From Eledone cirrhosa (taxonomy: Eukaryota): a stretch of 64,000 nt of DNA. A program made the position numbers and the translations under genes. Shown here piece by piece: positions 44,888 through 61,123 of the stretch (position 1 is its first letter; the number at the start of each line of letters is the position of its first letter). The DNA is taken from NCBI GenBank assembly GCA_964016885.1, contig OZ024740.1:121396001-121460000 (forward strand). Reading direction: 5' to 3'. Under the pieces are notes generated by a model. It saw only the letters and a list, made by a program, of their open reading frames with translations. It was not told the DNA's origin and ran no database searches.

Positions 44888-46470
44888 TGATATTTAATTT
44901 GTTGGTAATTCAACGATTTCGAAAGCACCTGCATACCGAAATATGGCTTACTCAAGAATCTGTCATTTGTGTATCAAGGACATTTTTTATATACTTAACT
45001 GTCAAAATTCTATTAATTTAAAAAGCGAATTATTCAGTTCTTGCAGACATCGCCAAAGATCCATTGTCCGAAGTATTTTTAATCTATAACATTCATTACA
45101 CTTGACTACATCTTATACATCTTTAAATTGCTTCTGTTGTTTAGTGAGGTTTTTCTAAAAAGTTTAAAAAAACATTTTTAAATGATATTTTTCTTCTTAA
45201 ATTTAATATATTTACCATTGATATTCTTTTCGTAATGATACTTTTCTTAATATATTTATTTATTTTCTTTTTTTTTTAGATTAATATTTGTTTAGATTGA
45301 TACTTTTTAACTGATATTCTGAAAGATATCCTCTTTACGATAGTTCTTCTAAACGCACTCTTGACTTATCTAATAATATATTTTTCCTTTCTTTAATTTT
45401 CAAATTTTTCACACATCTTTCGACGTAGATAATATCCAAATACATATATATTTGAAATTCTCAACATTATAATCTCACACAAAATAGTATATAATTTTCT
45501 CTACATACTTTCTGCATTTTCTAAGAAAATTATTCATCAAATCTAATATTAATAGTCTAAAAAATAATACTGGAGTTATCTTTTCCTTTACAATTGAGCA
45601 AACATAGACATAATAACTTGTATGTTGAATTCTATATAATTTTGCTAAATTAATGATGGTCCGTAAATATTTTCAATTTTTGATAAAACAATTTGAATCT
45701 ACAAATTGTTCTTCTCTTAAAATTTGAGCTACATCTTTTTCTTAAATATATATTTAAAATGTAAAATCAACATCATTAGTAACTCATATTAGAAATGTAA
45801 ACACATTAATACGTATGTTTTATATCTATATAATCACCAATAATATTTATTTTTATACACTTATTAATCTATATAGATATTTATACACTTACAACCTGTT
45901 GTAATATAATAAGATAAATGTACTTACAACCATAATTCTTCATATAATCTAATTGTAATGATTATATATATAATATTATAACTCATGATTTAGCTAAATA
46001 TATTTTTTTTATTCTGAATTGATATTCCACCACTCCAACAAACTTTTAATTTTTCACGTTTCAATCTTTTTAAATTCACATATATTGTAGTAATATAAAT
46101 ACAAGCTTTTCTTTCTTTCTTCTTCCTATATATGAATATATATATCCTAATAATTATTTAAATCTACCTAGCGTCTAAAAATAACGTTTTTTTCAGCCCT
46201 ACGCCTCAACCTCATTTGCATATTCATCGATATAATTTGAAATATTTGTTTTTTCCTCTCTTCCCCTTTTTTTTCCTCTTTTCTCCATTTCCTTTAACTA
46301 TCGATGTGAAACTTGAACCGTCGAGGTCCCATAACTGGATATGTCAATATATAATAGACTTTGTATTTCATCTGATGAAGGCGTACCAAAGTTTTGGCAC
46401 CCTTGAAAAATATATAATAGAATAAATATGGATTTATAAATATAGTTTCCATTTATTTATATCATTGATA
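44888..46470 (+). mobile_element. 5'-truncated PLE 3' end (GIY-YIG tail + AT-rich 3' region + hammerhead ~46367-46420)
   Basis: TISKAPAYRNMAYSRICHLCIKD...LKSELFSSCRHRQ from ~44913; 3' region homologous to 53450-54420; CTGATGAAGGCGTACC..GGCACCCTTGAAA. Confidence 0.82.
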
Positions 46471-46486
46471 TATATAAATATATATT

Positions 46487-46550
<64 letters not shown>

Positions 46551-46553
<3 letters not shown>

Positions 46554-46870
46554 CCACTGATTGACCTCGATGTCACGTTATTGATTCTTTTGAATCTGCC
46601 ACCGACGCAGTAGGCAGTGATTTTCTCAATGGCTAGGAATTTAGTCCACGATTTGCTTTTTTCCATCCACTGAATTATTTTTGTATAAGTTCCAAGTGTC
46701 CACGTATTGCCTGGAAACTTAGCTGACAATAGACTTCCCTGATGACAAAAGGCTTCTCTGTACACTTCTTCGGAAAGTATGTTTATTCCCTTTCAGAAAC
46801 TAATTAGTTGGGAGTGAAATTTTAGTAAGTAAGTTAATTTTATAATTTTCTTATTTTACGTCTCTCATAT
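46551..46870 (+). mobile_element. Short hammerhead element (hammerhead 46733-46815); same family at 54445-54760 and 63686-64000 (minus)
   Basis: TTCC-CTGATGA-CAAAAGG...CCTTTCA-GAAA-CTAATTAG-TT-GGGAG; three homologous copies next to (TA)n. Confidence 0.75.
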
Positions 46871-47051
46871 TATTGTTCTGCAACCTCATGCATTGAACCA
46901 CAAAGTTACTAAGACAAAACCTATATATTTGCTAGCATAAGTATGCATCTGTGTGTATATATATGTTACTAGATATACTAATTCTTCATATATATATATA
47001 TATATATAAAATAAACCAAAGAAGCCTTCAATACATCAAAAGTCTTTATTA

Positions 47052-47089
47052 GCCAACAATGTTTCGTCCTATTAAGGACTCATCAGGGC
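47052..47089 (-). ncRNA. Minimal type I hammerhead ribozyme (inverted pLTR copy)
   Basis: GCC-CTGATGA-GTCCT TAAT AGGAC-GAAA-CATTG-TT-GGC. Confidence 0.88.
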
Positions 47090-49689
47090 AAGTAAAGCTA
47101 CAAGAAGCACTATCGGCCAATACAAGCCAAAAACTAACCACCCCAAATTTATGAGTAGCTCTATAATAAACGGTGTATCTAATAGAATTTCCACACTCTC
47201 TAAGGATATAGGAATATTTAATTCACATGCGGAGTACTATAATAATGCCCTAGCTAACTCTGGTTACTCTGGTAAAATACGTTATAATGAGAACAACCTT
47301 AGAAAGTCATCGTTTACCCATAATAATAATAACATAATATCCCATAATATGGCCATGAATGGGAGTAGAAAGCATAAGAATCGTAGAAATCCCATAGGTG
47401 TATCCGAACCCATCCATAGGTTAAGCTACCGTAATCGTAATAGTGAGTCTAATGGTACACTTTTCGGGATTAGTTCTAGGGAACAAGTTAGGCACTCTGA
47501 TCGCTCACCCAGTGGAAATGTTTTTACTAATTCTAATAGTGTTGTTTCAACTGATCCTGGTAGTAACCCTGATCCTATTGATATGATTCCAGATAACAGT
47601 AGATATACTAAAGGTAGAAACAGAAGGAGACTCAATAGGGTTTTGGCTGCTTCTAATAATGTTGTTTCAACTAGTCCTCGTAGTAACCCTGATCCTATTA
47701 GTGGGATACTGGATAACGGTAGAGTTGGTAAGGATAGAAATAGGAGGAGACTCAATACTTTATTTAACCCGCCTTATGATCATGAAGTATTAACTAACAT
47801 CCTTAGGTCTTTCTTTTCTATCTTAGAGAAAAATTTCCCTCCTTCTAATAAATACCATGGTATTTTTAATAAAAATGTAATTAAACTATCATTCTCTACC
47901 AACCCTAATATTAGTTCTCATTTAGCTAGCACTAACAATAGGAAAATTAGGGACAGCTACTCCTCTTTGCGTACTACTAGTCTGGATAGATCCATTAATG
48001 CCTTACCACCTGAGCAGACCTTATCTTATAATAACCCTAGGAGTGATGCATCACTCATTCAGCCGGTCAATAGCACCCGAAGTGTAACTGTAGAGTAAGT
48101 ATTAACTTCCCTTTAAATTGTCACTGCCTCTCTAGGAACATTGTTTATGCTTGTGAAGTTAAGACTAATTCTTCTAATAACATATATATAGGCTCCACAT
48201 CTAATACTTTTACAACTAGGTTTAATTCTCATATATCTAATTTTAAGCATGTTAAGTTTAAGAACTCTACTTCTTTAGCACACCATATCTGGGATCGTAA
48301 AGGGGCTGGTATGCCATATAGCCTTAATTGGCGTATAGTAGCACGCTCTAATAACCTATCAACACACACTAAATTCTGTAATCTCTGTATCCTAGAGACC
48401 CACTCTATAATTTTCTCTAGGGAAGTTTTGCTTAATAGAAAGTCTGAGATATTTTCTTCCTGCTCCCATGCCATTTCTAATTCTTTCTTCTATTATAGAC
48501 CTAAAAGTTCTGGTAGTTTAAATCGTATCCATTAGCTGCTATATTTCCTTATCTTTTTTGTTTAGGTTCATTTTGATTACCATCATCATTATTATTATTA
48601 TTATGAGTTTATATCTTATTAAATACTTTGTTTGGAGTCTCATTCAACTAATGAACCTCCTCCTCTACACACTTAATATCCGCCCCTTCTATTATACTAT
48701 ATATAAATTTCACCTTTATGCTCCTTTTTATGATATTATATAATATATTGATTTTACTTTTATGCTCCTTCCTATCCTCCATAACCTCTCTTCTTTCTGT
48801 TCCCATTGGTCTACCATAGTTCTATTTAGAGTCCTTTTATTTGATAACGTTATTCGACTGAACGGAGCATATTTTACTCTATTCTTGATAATTTTATTGA
48901 GATGTCTTAAACTTATACGATTTTGATGAGTTAAACACTAGCCAATTTTGAAGTGACTAAATATGTATTTTAAATACTTTTAATATTAATTAATTTAAAA
49001 AGGTTTTCTAGTCAACTCTCCGGTTTAGATTTCTATCTTTTTTCTTTTACTTACCCGCTTGTGACACCTAAGTAAATATACTTGTTTTTGTTTTTCGATC
49101 TTCGGTTCATTTTATTTATTTTTTTACTACCACACGCTGTCTGTCTGATCATGTAATTTCATTAATATATGTCTGTGTATGTCAACCACGTAAATATATA
49201 TATTAAGCATTTCCTTATACTCTGTTTGCTATTTGATATTAACGTTGTTATATCATATCATTTTTATGTAATCGTATTATAGATTTTAATATATATCTGT
49301 TATTTGAGGTACTGTTCCGTTATATTTTGTAATATTTTGTGTTATTTTGGTAATATTTATGCCAATGTAAAATGACTTGACCCTCCGTGTATTTGTTACA
49401 ATGGTATAGATATTTTTTCAACACAATTTTTTCAACACAATTTAGTACTATATGATTTTTTTGTTACCCTGTGTAAAAACTTTATACTATTTGTTAACCT
49501 TGAATTATATGTATGATGTAATTTTGTATATCTTTTGATGCCAATATATTATAATATTGTTATTATAATGTTATTATAATGTTTTTATATTGGTTATGCA
49601 CACTGACAGGGAATTATATATTATATTTTATTTTTATTGATATCTTTATTCTTATTTTTATCTTTATTATATTATTATATTATAATGTA

Positions 49690-49724
<35 letters not shown>

Positions 49725-50088
49725 AATGCTTAATAAGTGTTAGTTTGTGTTTGTACTAATGTGTATGTGTATAGATATATATATACATATATTAAGCTTT
49801 TTATTATCACCATCTATTATATTATATTATATTCTATATCGTACTGTAATTCTCGCATTATATTACCATTTGTGTTTCAAGTTTTTGCATTATACAATAT
49901 TTGCAATGTGGGTTCAACATGTTAATCACTTCCTTGCTATTTGGTCTATATATATGTTTGTAACTGCTCACTCTTAATCTTAGCCAACTTTTCCTTGGTA
50001 TCTTTCCTAAGCTTTAATAGATGTATACTCCATATTCTTCTGAGTTTTTGGCTTGTATTGGCCGATAGTGCTTCTTGTAGCTTTACTT

Positions 50089-50126
50089 GCCCTGATGAGT
50101 CCTTAATAGGACGAAATATTGTTGGC
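50089..50126 (+). ncRNA. Minimal type I hammerhead ribozyme
   Basis: GCC-CTGATGA-GTCCT TAAT AGGAC-GAAA-TATTG-TT-GGC. Confidence 0.85.
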
Positions 50127-50289
50127 TAATAGAGACTTTTGATGTATTGAAGGCTTCTTTGGTTTATTTTTTATAATTCTTCGGCTCTGTTTAATTACAT
50201 TGAGCTATATCTTATACTGTCATTTCTATAATATGAAGAGGGTGTTTAACTCCAACACACTCTAGTATTTTAATACTTATTTTAATTCT

Positions 50290-50322
<33 letters not shown>

Positions 50323-50470
50323 TAGATGGAGCCGGACGGCTGAGCTCTGCCGTCGAGACCCTATGTTACCCTATATAGTTACATTCATTTACTTAACAAG
50401 GTATCATGTACTTTGTTAAATAACGGCCTAACTAATTTATTACTAGTTCAATCTAGATATACACACACAA

Positions 50471-50557
<87 letters not shown>

Positions 50558-50869
50558 GAGAGATAGGAGGCAGGACTTCTGCAGTTTTCACCAACAAGAT
50601 GTCCGTCGTTCAATACTGATGTTTGTTTATTTTCAATTCAATATTTAAATAGTTTTTGTCAATTTCTGATTATCATTTAATATATCCGTTTCCTAAAATT
50701 CAGCATCGAGAATATATTCTTGCAACAAGTAATGGCCGATTGATAGAATATTGTAAGAGAATATAATCGATTGAAGATATAAAGAATGTAAATTAAATTG
50801 TTATCATGTTCTGAGTAAAAACATATAAAACTAGTAAACAATCGTGGAAACATTAATATATATTTATAT

Positions 50870-53800
50870 ATAAGAAGAAGGGATATTCAATTTGTTGGTA
50901 ATTCAACAAATATAAAAGTTTATAACTGATTCAGAGCACTCAACTTGTTTCTGGAGTATAATATACAATGATATTAAATAAATGGAAACTATATTTATAA
51001 AATCATATTTATTCTATTATATATATTTCAAGGGTACAAACATTTTGGTACGCTATCATCAGATAAAATACGAATTTTTTTTAATAACTGTTGACATCAC
51101 AAAGGAGAATATACCTTAACGGTTCAAGTTATCCTTGGATAGTGAAAGAAAAAGAGAAGAAAAGTGAGATATTTCAAATTATTAAGATGAGTATGCAAAT
51201 GAGGTTTATGTAAAAGGACTGAAAAAACGTTATTTTAGACGCAATGGAAAATTTAAATAATTATGATAAATTATTGTATGCGTAGGAAAGAATAAAAAGG
51301 AAGAAGAGCTAGCATTTACGTTAATTTGGGGAAAAAGATTTATTTACCTATATTGTGTATAGTATTGTATATATAATCAATTAGATTATATGAAGAATTA
51401 TGGTTGGAAGTATGTTTATATTATTACATTACGATAGGTTATATGTATATAAATATCTCTATATATATGAATAAATTGCGTATGTAATAGTTGTTTATAT
51501 ATCAAATATGAGTTACGAAGGAAGTTGAATTTGTATTTTACTTAGAAAATAGGTGTTCAAGTTGTGAGAGTAGAAAAATTGGTGGATTTAAACATTTTGT
51601 TCAACATTGAAAATGTTTTCCGAATATTGTTAATTTAGCGAAGCTATACAAATTATCAAACGTAAAATTGTTATTTTTGCACGATTGAGAAGGGAAAGAT
51701 AACTCCAATTTGTTTGTTAACCAGTAAATTAGAGAACATTATATATTATTTTGTGTGAGATCCATTATTTTAGTCGAAAGATGTGTGAATGTTTGAATAA
51801 CAAAAAGACAGAGGAAAAATGTAATGTGTTTTTCGAAGAACTATCGTAAAGAGGATATATTTTCAGAATGACAGTTAAAGATTATCAATCTACATCTAAA
51901 AATATATTTATAGGGGTGTCCTTACAAAAATAATGTCGGAATTAAAATAATGTCAGAATTAAAATAATGTAGGAAATTAAAATATTAAATATATATATTA
52001 AAAGTATTATAAATATTAGCGGTATTAAAAATATTTTTAAATATTAAAAATGTTAAAAAATAAAAAAAAATATTAAAAATATTAAAAATATTTAAAAATA
52101 TTTAAAAATATTAAAAATATTAAAAATATAAAAAAATTTTACATTTAAATTTTTGTAAAAAGGTAGGATCATTTTGAAGGTGTTTAGGAATATTATAAAT
52201 TAAAAATGTTTCTGAACGTGTAATTTTGGCGATGTTTGCAAAAATAAAATTATTCTGTTCTGAGATTAATAGAGTTTTGACAGTTAATTATATAAAAAAT
52301 GTCTTCGATACACAATTTACAGAATCTTGATAAGGCCGTATTTCGGTATGCAGGGGCTTTCGAAATCGTTCTCTAAGATATTGAATAGTCTATATTGTTG
52401 TCTTTTAAATCCCAGATTAGATGTGAAAGTGAAGTAGATTTTTTATCAGATCTCCTGAGTGTATGATTATGGTTATTCCAGCGTTCTTTAAATTTTGTTG
52501 AAATGGCACCAACATAGTTAAATATTTTGTGCATTTATAAATTATGTTTTTTGTCTAAACAATTATCTTGTAAAGGGTAGTTTGATTTGATTCTACAGTT
52601 ACATTTACTAGAGTTATTGTTATTCAGAACGGTACCATTATTCTGATAATTGTTGTTAGAAATATTATTCTTGTTATTTTGATTAGTTTGGTTAGGGTTT
52701 AAATTTAAGTTTCTATTATTAATTCTAATTCTAGTTTGTGCTATATTCATAGTAGTAGAGTAGGATAGTTTTATTGTGTGTCTGTTAAAAATAGCGTGGT
52801 ATCTGTGGGCTTTAGAAAAACATTTATCTAGTGCTTTAAAGAATAGCTTTGCTAAATGTGTTTTACCGTATTTAATTATATTTGAGTATCCTGCTCTATG
52901 TGAAGCTTCATTATAATATTTAGCCTTATCATAAAAAATATTTTTTTAGCAGAGATGCATGAAATCCGTTGTTGGACGCTATTGAAACTTACATAATTTA
53001 GATTTTCGTTAATTTTATGGAAAGGATAGTAAAGACATTTGCTAAGAAGTTAACGATTTTGTAGTTATCTCTATTTGTAACTTAAGATTGTAGTTGTTGA
53101 AAAATTGTATTATGTATTTTCTTTTCTAATTAATTTAACTATTGCTATGGTTTTCAGTTAAAAGCAACATATCGTCACGATATAAACTTCCGGTCATCTC
53201 TGGAATTTTCCTATGCAGTACATTATTAATAAATAATCCAACGAGGTCTGTAAGTTGCGCCCAATCCGATGATCGCATAGTGATAATTTTTTAATATTTT
53301 TAATATTTTAAATATTTTAAATATTTTTTAATATTTATAATATATTTAATATTTGAAAAATGTTTTAATACCGCTAATATTTATAATACTTTTATTATAT
53401 ATATTTAATATTTTAATTTCCTACATTATTTTAATTCCGACATTATTTTTAATTCCGACATTATTTTTGTAAGGACACGCCTATAAATATATTTTTAGAT
53501 GTGGATTGATAATCTTTAACTGTCATTCTGAAAATGTATCCTCTTTACGATAGTTCTTCAAAAAACACATTACATTTTTCCTCTGTCTTTTTGTTATTCA
53601 AACATGCACACATCTTTCGACTAAAATAATGGATCTCACACAAAATAATATATAATTTTCTTTAATATAGTGTCTAGCAAAAAAATTGGAGTTATCTTTC
53701 CTTTCTCAATCGTACAAAGATAAACATTTTACGTTTGAAAACCTGTATAGCTTCGCTAAATTAACAATATTCTGAAAACATTTTAATTGTTGAACAAAAT

Positions 53801-54420
53801 TTTTGAATCCACCAATTGTTCTACTCTCACAACTTGAACCACCTATTTTTTAAGTAAAATACGAATTCAACATCTTTCGTAACTCGTATTTGATATATAA
53901 ACAATTATTACATACGCAATTTATTCATATATATAGAGATATTTATATACATATAACCTATCGTAATGTAATAAGATAAAAATACTTACAACCATAATTC
54001 TTCATATAATCTAATTGATTATATATACAATACTATAACTCATAATATAGGTAAATACATCTTTTCCCCCAAATTAACGTAAATGTTAACTCTTCTTCCT
54101 TTCTCTTCTTGCTAACGCATACAATAACATATGATAATTATTTAAATTTTCCATTGCGTCTAAAATAACGTTTCTTTCAGCCCTTTTACATAAAACTCAT
54201 TAATAATTTAAATATCTAATATTTCTTCTCTTTTCCTTTCACTATCCAAGGATAACTTGAACCGTTAAGGTATATTCTCCTTTGCTATGTCAACATTTAT
54301 AAAACACACTTCGTATTTTATCTGATGATAGCGTACCAATATTTTTGGTACCCTTGAAATATATATAATATAATAAATATGGTTTTATAAATATAGTTTT
54401 CATTTATTCAATATCATTTT
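50870..54420 (-). mobile_element. Decayed PLE (RT remnant + GIY-YIG + 3' region, 50870-53285 minus) with ~1.1-kb inverted copy of its 3' region (53285-54420 plus)
   Basis: Minus: SSDWAQLTDLVGLFI, GSLYRDDMLL (~53165-53190), CNCRIKSNYPLQDNCL, YVGAISTKFKERWNNH, FCKLCIED, FCKHRQ; 50965-52120 is the approximate reverse complement of 53285-54420; hammerhead-like motifs at ~51015-51068 (-) and ~54317-54372 (+). Confidence 0.88.
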
Positions 54421-54444
54421 ATATATACACATATATATATATAT

Positions 54445-54760
54445 GAAAAACGTAAAATAAGAAAATTATAGTAATTAGCTTACTTACTTAAATTTCACTC
54501 CAACTAATTAGTTTCTGAAAGTGAATATACATAGTCTTCAAATGGATATCTTGGAGAAACCTTTTCGTCATCATGGAGTCATTCTCAGCTAAGATACCTG
54601 GCGATGCGCGGACACAGGGAACTTATACAAACATATTCAGTGGTTGTAAAAAGAACAAGCGGGGTCTAAATTCCAAGACACTGAAAACATCACTGCCTTC
54701 TTGTTCGGTGTCAAATTCCAAAGAGTCAATCACGTGCCATCGAGGTTAATCAGTGAGGAG
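54445..54760 (-). mobile_element. Older copy of the 46551-46870 hammerhead element (core mutated to ATGATGA)
   Basis: Homology to 63686-64000 and to the reverse complement of 46551-46870. Confidence 0.7.
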
Positions 54761-54849
54761 TGGGGTGTTAAAAAGACAGTAGCCAAGCTGTTACTATGAA
54801 CTATAGTAGTAATTTTGGAAAATGTTTACTCAACAATATTTGTATATAT

Positions 54850-55400
54850 ACATAGTTTAAGAGAAATTGAAGATAATGGTATAATATGCACTCATACTTT
54901 GAACTGGTCTATAGAATTCTCTAGACCTTTGTCACTAAGTAGAACCTTAAAGAATCAGCTTTTAAAGAATTTCCCTTTTCTTTAAATCCATCAATCATGA
55001 CTGACCCCCAATGATCTTATAGAGACCTGAAATCTAGACATTGTTAGCTTCAGAGAAACTTAAAAATAAGGAGTGGTACCCCATTCTGAACTTGTTTATA
55101 GAATTATTTCTGCCTTTGTTACTCTAAATATAAGCTATAGCTTTGAAGAATTAGCTTTTAATGAATTCCCTTTTCTATCAAACAATGACCTACACCCATC
55201 ACACTCCCCACTCTCTCCTACCACCTGAAGAGACCTATACATACCATATTTATTTTTTGATACCCAGATTCCTGATGATTTCTAATGAATGAAACAGTTC
55301 TAGTCCTGTAGAATCTCATCTATATTAAAACCTTTATACTCTGCAATGTATTGAGTACCTTACTTACTGTGGTTACCTCCGATTCAACCCGGAATAACGT
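54850..55400 (+). mobile_element. Short non-coding hammerhead element; second copy 61265-61558
   Basis: Shared catagtttaagagaaatt...tacccagattcctgatgatttctaatgaa; ends in (TA)n. Confidence 0.72.
55266..55316 (+). ncRNA. Type I hammerhead ribozyme (paralogue 61491-61541 has GAAA>GGAA)
   Basis: AGATTC-CTGATGA-TTTC TAAT GAAT-GAAA-CAG TTCTAGTC CTG-TA-GAATCT. Confidence 0.78.
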
Positions 55401-55417
55401 ATATATATATATATATA

Positions 55418-56165
55418 TAAGAACACAATAAGACTCTCCTACTCCACCACACATAACCTAGCTAAGAATATAGCCAACCACAATTCTAAAAAATTAAATA
55501 AGCCAACCACCTCCGAACCCAATCCCCGGACTGGGGCTTTGTGTAATTGCCTAAATAAGGAAGCATGCCCACTTGAAAACAAATGCCTCACAAATGATAT
55601 CGTATACAAATGCGATGTCATCTCAGGCACCGATGATTGCAATAACAAAAAAACTTACATCGGCATGACTTCCAATAATTTTGAGACCCGTTGGTATGCC
55701 CATACCCACTCCTTCAGGAGACCGGACAAATCAAACCAGACAACACTCGCCTCCTATGTTTGGGACCTCAAAAGAACTCCTCCCCCTTCACGCTTAAATG
55801 GAAAATCTTCCAGAAAGCGCGCTCTTACAACGGAGGACACAAGGGCTGCGACATTTGTATCTGAGAGAGATACGTAATTTTATTCGCCAAGGGCCCGCTA
55901 CTGAACAAACTCTCTGAACACTTCCCGAACTGCATGTACAAGAACTTTGTAACTTTCAAATACCTTAAGCCAGTGTTAAAGCCCGATGGCTAAAAACGAC
56001 CTCCTCCTTTTAGCCTCTCTACCTCCTTCTCACCCTACCTCCACCCCTCCTCAACCTGAAATACGGCCACTATGGTTATGTGAGTACCTCTTACCTATCT
56101 GCATTTTCTGCCTGTAGAGCTGTTTTTATGTTCCTGTGTATATGCGTATATTTATTGAGTACTTA
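55418..56165 (+). mobile_element. PLE GIY-YIG endonuclease fragment in (TA)n
   Basis: IRLSYSTTHNLA, CNCLNKEACPLENKCLTNDIVYKC, KTYIGMTSNNFETRWYAH, TTLASYVWDLK, then a frameshift to GCDIC. Confidence 0.88.
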
Positions 56166-56173
56166 TTTGTATG

Positions 56174-56204
<31 letters not shown>

Positions 56205-56215
56205 GTATATATATC

Positions 56216-56280
<65 letters not shown>

Positions 56281-56282
<2 letters not shown>

Positions 56283-56745
56283 TAAGGTGTGTTGGTTCAC
56301 CACTGGATAGAACTGGTCATTCCGTATGGTTAATCCTGGTGTAATATTGTGAAGAGTACTCAACGCAGTGCAGTTCACCCATCTTCGTTTATGTAGTTGG
56401 TGGTGCGGATACGGAGTTAATTATAAATGAATTAATAGGAGGCTGGACTGGTGTAAATCCTTGAAAGGTTTATTATACTATGATCATTTCAATGACCGGG
56501 TTCCATATGAATCCGGTGATATCATCAGGTATTGGACGGCTGGCTGTCAAGCTGGTTGGTCAGCCGCCTTCTCTGTCTCTGGTTTCACGGACCCATGGTT
56601 TTTCGGACCCATGGCTTTTTACATATTCCTTTGTTATATTCCAATACCTGATGATATCACCGGATTTATATGGAACCCGGTCATTGAAATGATCATAGTA
56701 TAATAAAGCTTTCAAGGATTTACACCAGTCCAGCCTCCTGTTACT
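56281..56745. mobile_element. Fold-back hammerhead element with ~100-bp inverted repeats (56437-56539 / 56640-56740)
   Basis: Inverted arms each contain the full hammerhead; degenerate relative at ~18470-18570. Confidence 0.8.
56644..56701 (+). ncRNA. Type I hammerhead ribozyme (mirror copy ~56477-56534 minus)
   Basis: ATAC-CTGATGA-TATCACCGG...CCGGTCATT-GAAA-TGATCA-TA-GTAT; palindromic stem III ATGATCAT. Confidence 0.82.
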
Positions 56746-56749
56746 TCAT

Positions 56750-58879
<2,130 letters not shown>

Positions 58880-59516
58880 TATAAGCAGAACAAGCAAAAT
58901 TCAACCAATTTTTTAAAATAAATTAAAAAATATAATTTAAATATTTACCTATTCATATGGCTCTTACCGATCGGTTTCGCCTTGTAAAACACCAGAGACC
59001 CAATGGATTTCTAATGGAAAATCAAGGCTCATCAGAGAAGCATTTTCCTTTCCTAGGGCTAAAGACCCAGGAACGATAAAATATATCGTTATCTGCCAGC
59101 TAGCACAGATCCAAAAGGCCGAAAAATGACCTGTACGTGAACTACCCGAGGTTAAAGCGGGAAAAACATAGACGTGTTGTCTATCTCGTTACTAAAAATA
59201 GCAGCTAAATAGAATCAACATGATTGATTACCATAGAACAACCTTAAATCATAGACAACCTATGTATTTCCAGGGGTACTTAGTACCCACGGGCTTACTA
59301 ACTTCTTCTATCACCCTCCATTTGTTGAGAACAATCATGTTGATTCTATTTAGCTGCTATTTTTAGTAACGAGATAGACAACACGTCTATGTTTTTCCCG
59401 CTTTAACCTCGGGTAGTTCACGTACAGGTCATTTTTCGGCCTTTTGGATCTGTGCTAGCTGGCAGATAACGATATATTTTATCGTTCCTGGGTCTTTAGC
59501 CCTAGGAAAGGAAAAT

Positions 59517-59598
59517 GCTTCTCTGATGAGCCTTGATTTTCCATTAGAAATCCATTGGGTCTCTGGTGTTTTACAAGGCGAAACCGATCGGTAAGAGC
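59517..59598 (+). ncRNA. Type I hammerhead ribozyme, unit 1
   Basis: GCTTCT-CTGATGA(59523-59529)-GCCTTG...CAAGGC-GAAA(59580-59583)-CCGATCGG-TA-AGAGC; stem III palindrome ACCGATCGGT. Confidence 0.88.
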
Positions 59599-59997
59599 CA
59601 TATGAATAGGTAAATATTTAAATTATATTTTTTAATTTATTTTAAAAAATTGGTTGAATTTTGCTTGTTCTGCTTATATTAATATTATAGTTCTGGTATG
59701 TCAAATTGATACCATAGAACAACCTTAAATCATAGACAACCTATGTATTTCCAGGGGTACTTAGTACCCACGGGCTTACTAACTTCTTCTATCACCCTCC
59801 ATTTGTTGAGAACAATCATGTTGATTCTATTTAGCTGCTATTTTTAGTAACGAGATAGACAACACGTCTATGTTTTTCCCGCTTTAACCTCGGGTAGTTC
59901 ACGTACAGGTCATTTTTCGGCCTTTTGGATCTGTGCTAGCTGGCAGATAACGATATATTTTATCGTTCCTGGGTCTTTAGCCCTAGGAAAGGAAAAT

Positions 59998-60079
59998 GCT
60001 TCTCTGATGAGCCTTGATTTTCCATTAGAAATCCATTGGGTCTCTGGTGTTTTACAAGGCGAAACCGATCGGTAAGAGC
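59998..60079 (+). ncRNA. Type I hammerhead ribozyme, unit 2
   Basis: Same sequence as 59517-59598 shifted by 481 nt. Confidence 0.88.
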
Positions 60080-60284
60080 CATATGAATAGGTAAATATTT
60101 AAATTATATTTTTTAATTTATTTTAAAAAATTGGTTGAATTTTGCTTGTTCTGCTTATATTAATATTATAGTTCTGGTATGTCAAATTGATACCATAGAA
60201 CAACCTTAAATCATAGACAACCTATGTATTTCCAGGGGTACTTAGTACCCACGGGCTTACTAACTTCTTCTATATATATATATA

Positions 60285-60424
60285 TTGTTATACTTTGGGA
60301 GGGTCATGTTGCCAATAAGAAACACACGCTCCAGACGCTTTCACATCAATTTATTATAATACATTTATAAATTTAGGAATTTATAATTTTCCGATGGGCT
60401 GGTTGGTTCCACAACCAGGTAGTT

Positions 60425-60520
<96 letters not shown>

Positions 60521-60660
60521 TTATTATAATAAGTTGAAGTGAAACAAATGGTGCGTGTGTTTCTTATTGGCAACATGACCCTCCCAAATTATAACAATAT
60601 CGGTTTCAACACACGATTTCAGATAAAAAATCTTGCTAAACAAATTCAGAAACGAAATAT
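60285..60660. repeat. Inverted repeat pair (~60285-60360 / ~60520-60600) around a (TA)n tract
   Basis: tttgggagggtcatgttgccaataagaaacacacgc vs gcgtgtgtttcttattggcaacatgaccctcccaaa. Confidence 0.75.
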
Positions 60661-60945
60661 ATATATATATATATATATATATACATGCATATGTGTGTAT
60701 ATGTATGTATGTGTATGTATATGTATATATATATGTATATATGTTTATATCGTTTTATGTGGGTATATATATATGTATGTATGTTTGTATGTATATGTAT
60801 GTATGGGTATATGTATATATATATTTGTGTATATGTATGTGTATATGTATAAATATATATGTGTATATGTATATATGATTGTATATATATTTGTGCATAT
60901 GTATGTATATATATATATATATACATGTGTATGTATGTGTGTGTG

Positions 60946-61018
<73 letters not shown>

Positions 61019-61063
61019 ATATATATGTATACATATATATATATGTGTGTGTGTGTGTAGATG

Positions 61064-61123
<60 letters not shown>

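Larger units (their letters stand above)
47005..50292 (+). mobile_element. 5'-truncated PLE with inverted pLTR at 5' end
   Basis: ORF 47151-48535: SNRISTLS, YYNNALANSGY, FNPPY, NFPPSNKYHGIFNKNVIKLSFST, CNCR..C, YIGSTS, FCNLCILE, LNRKSEIFSSCSH; 47005-47137 is the reverse complement of ~50045-50175; (TA)n flanks. Confidence 0.9.

Noticed and set aside
59231-60272. CRISPR-like or satellite interpretation of the tandem units
   Set aside because: Units are 481-bp identical repeats without spacers, in eukaryotic DNA, and contain hammerheads
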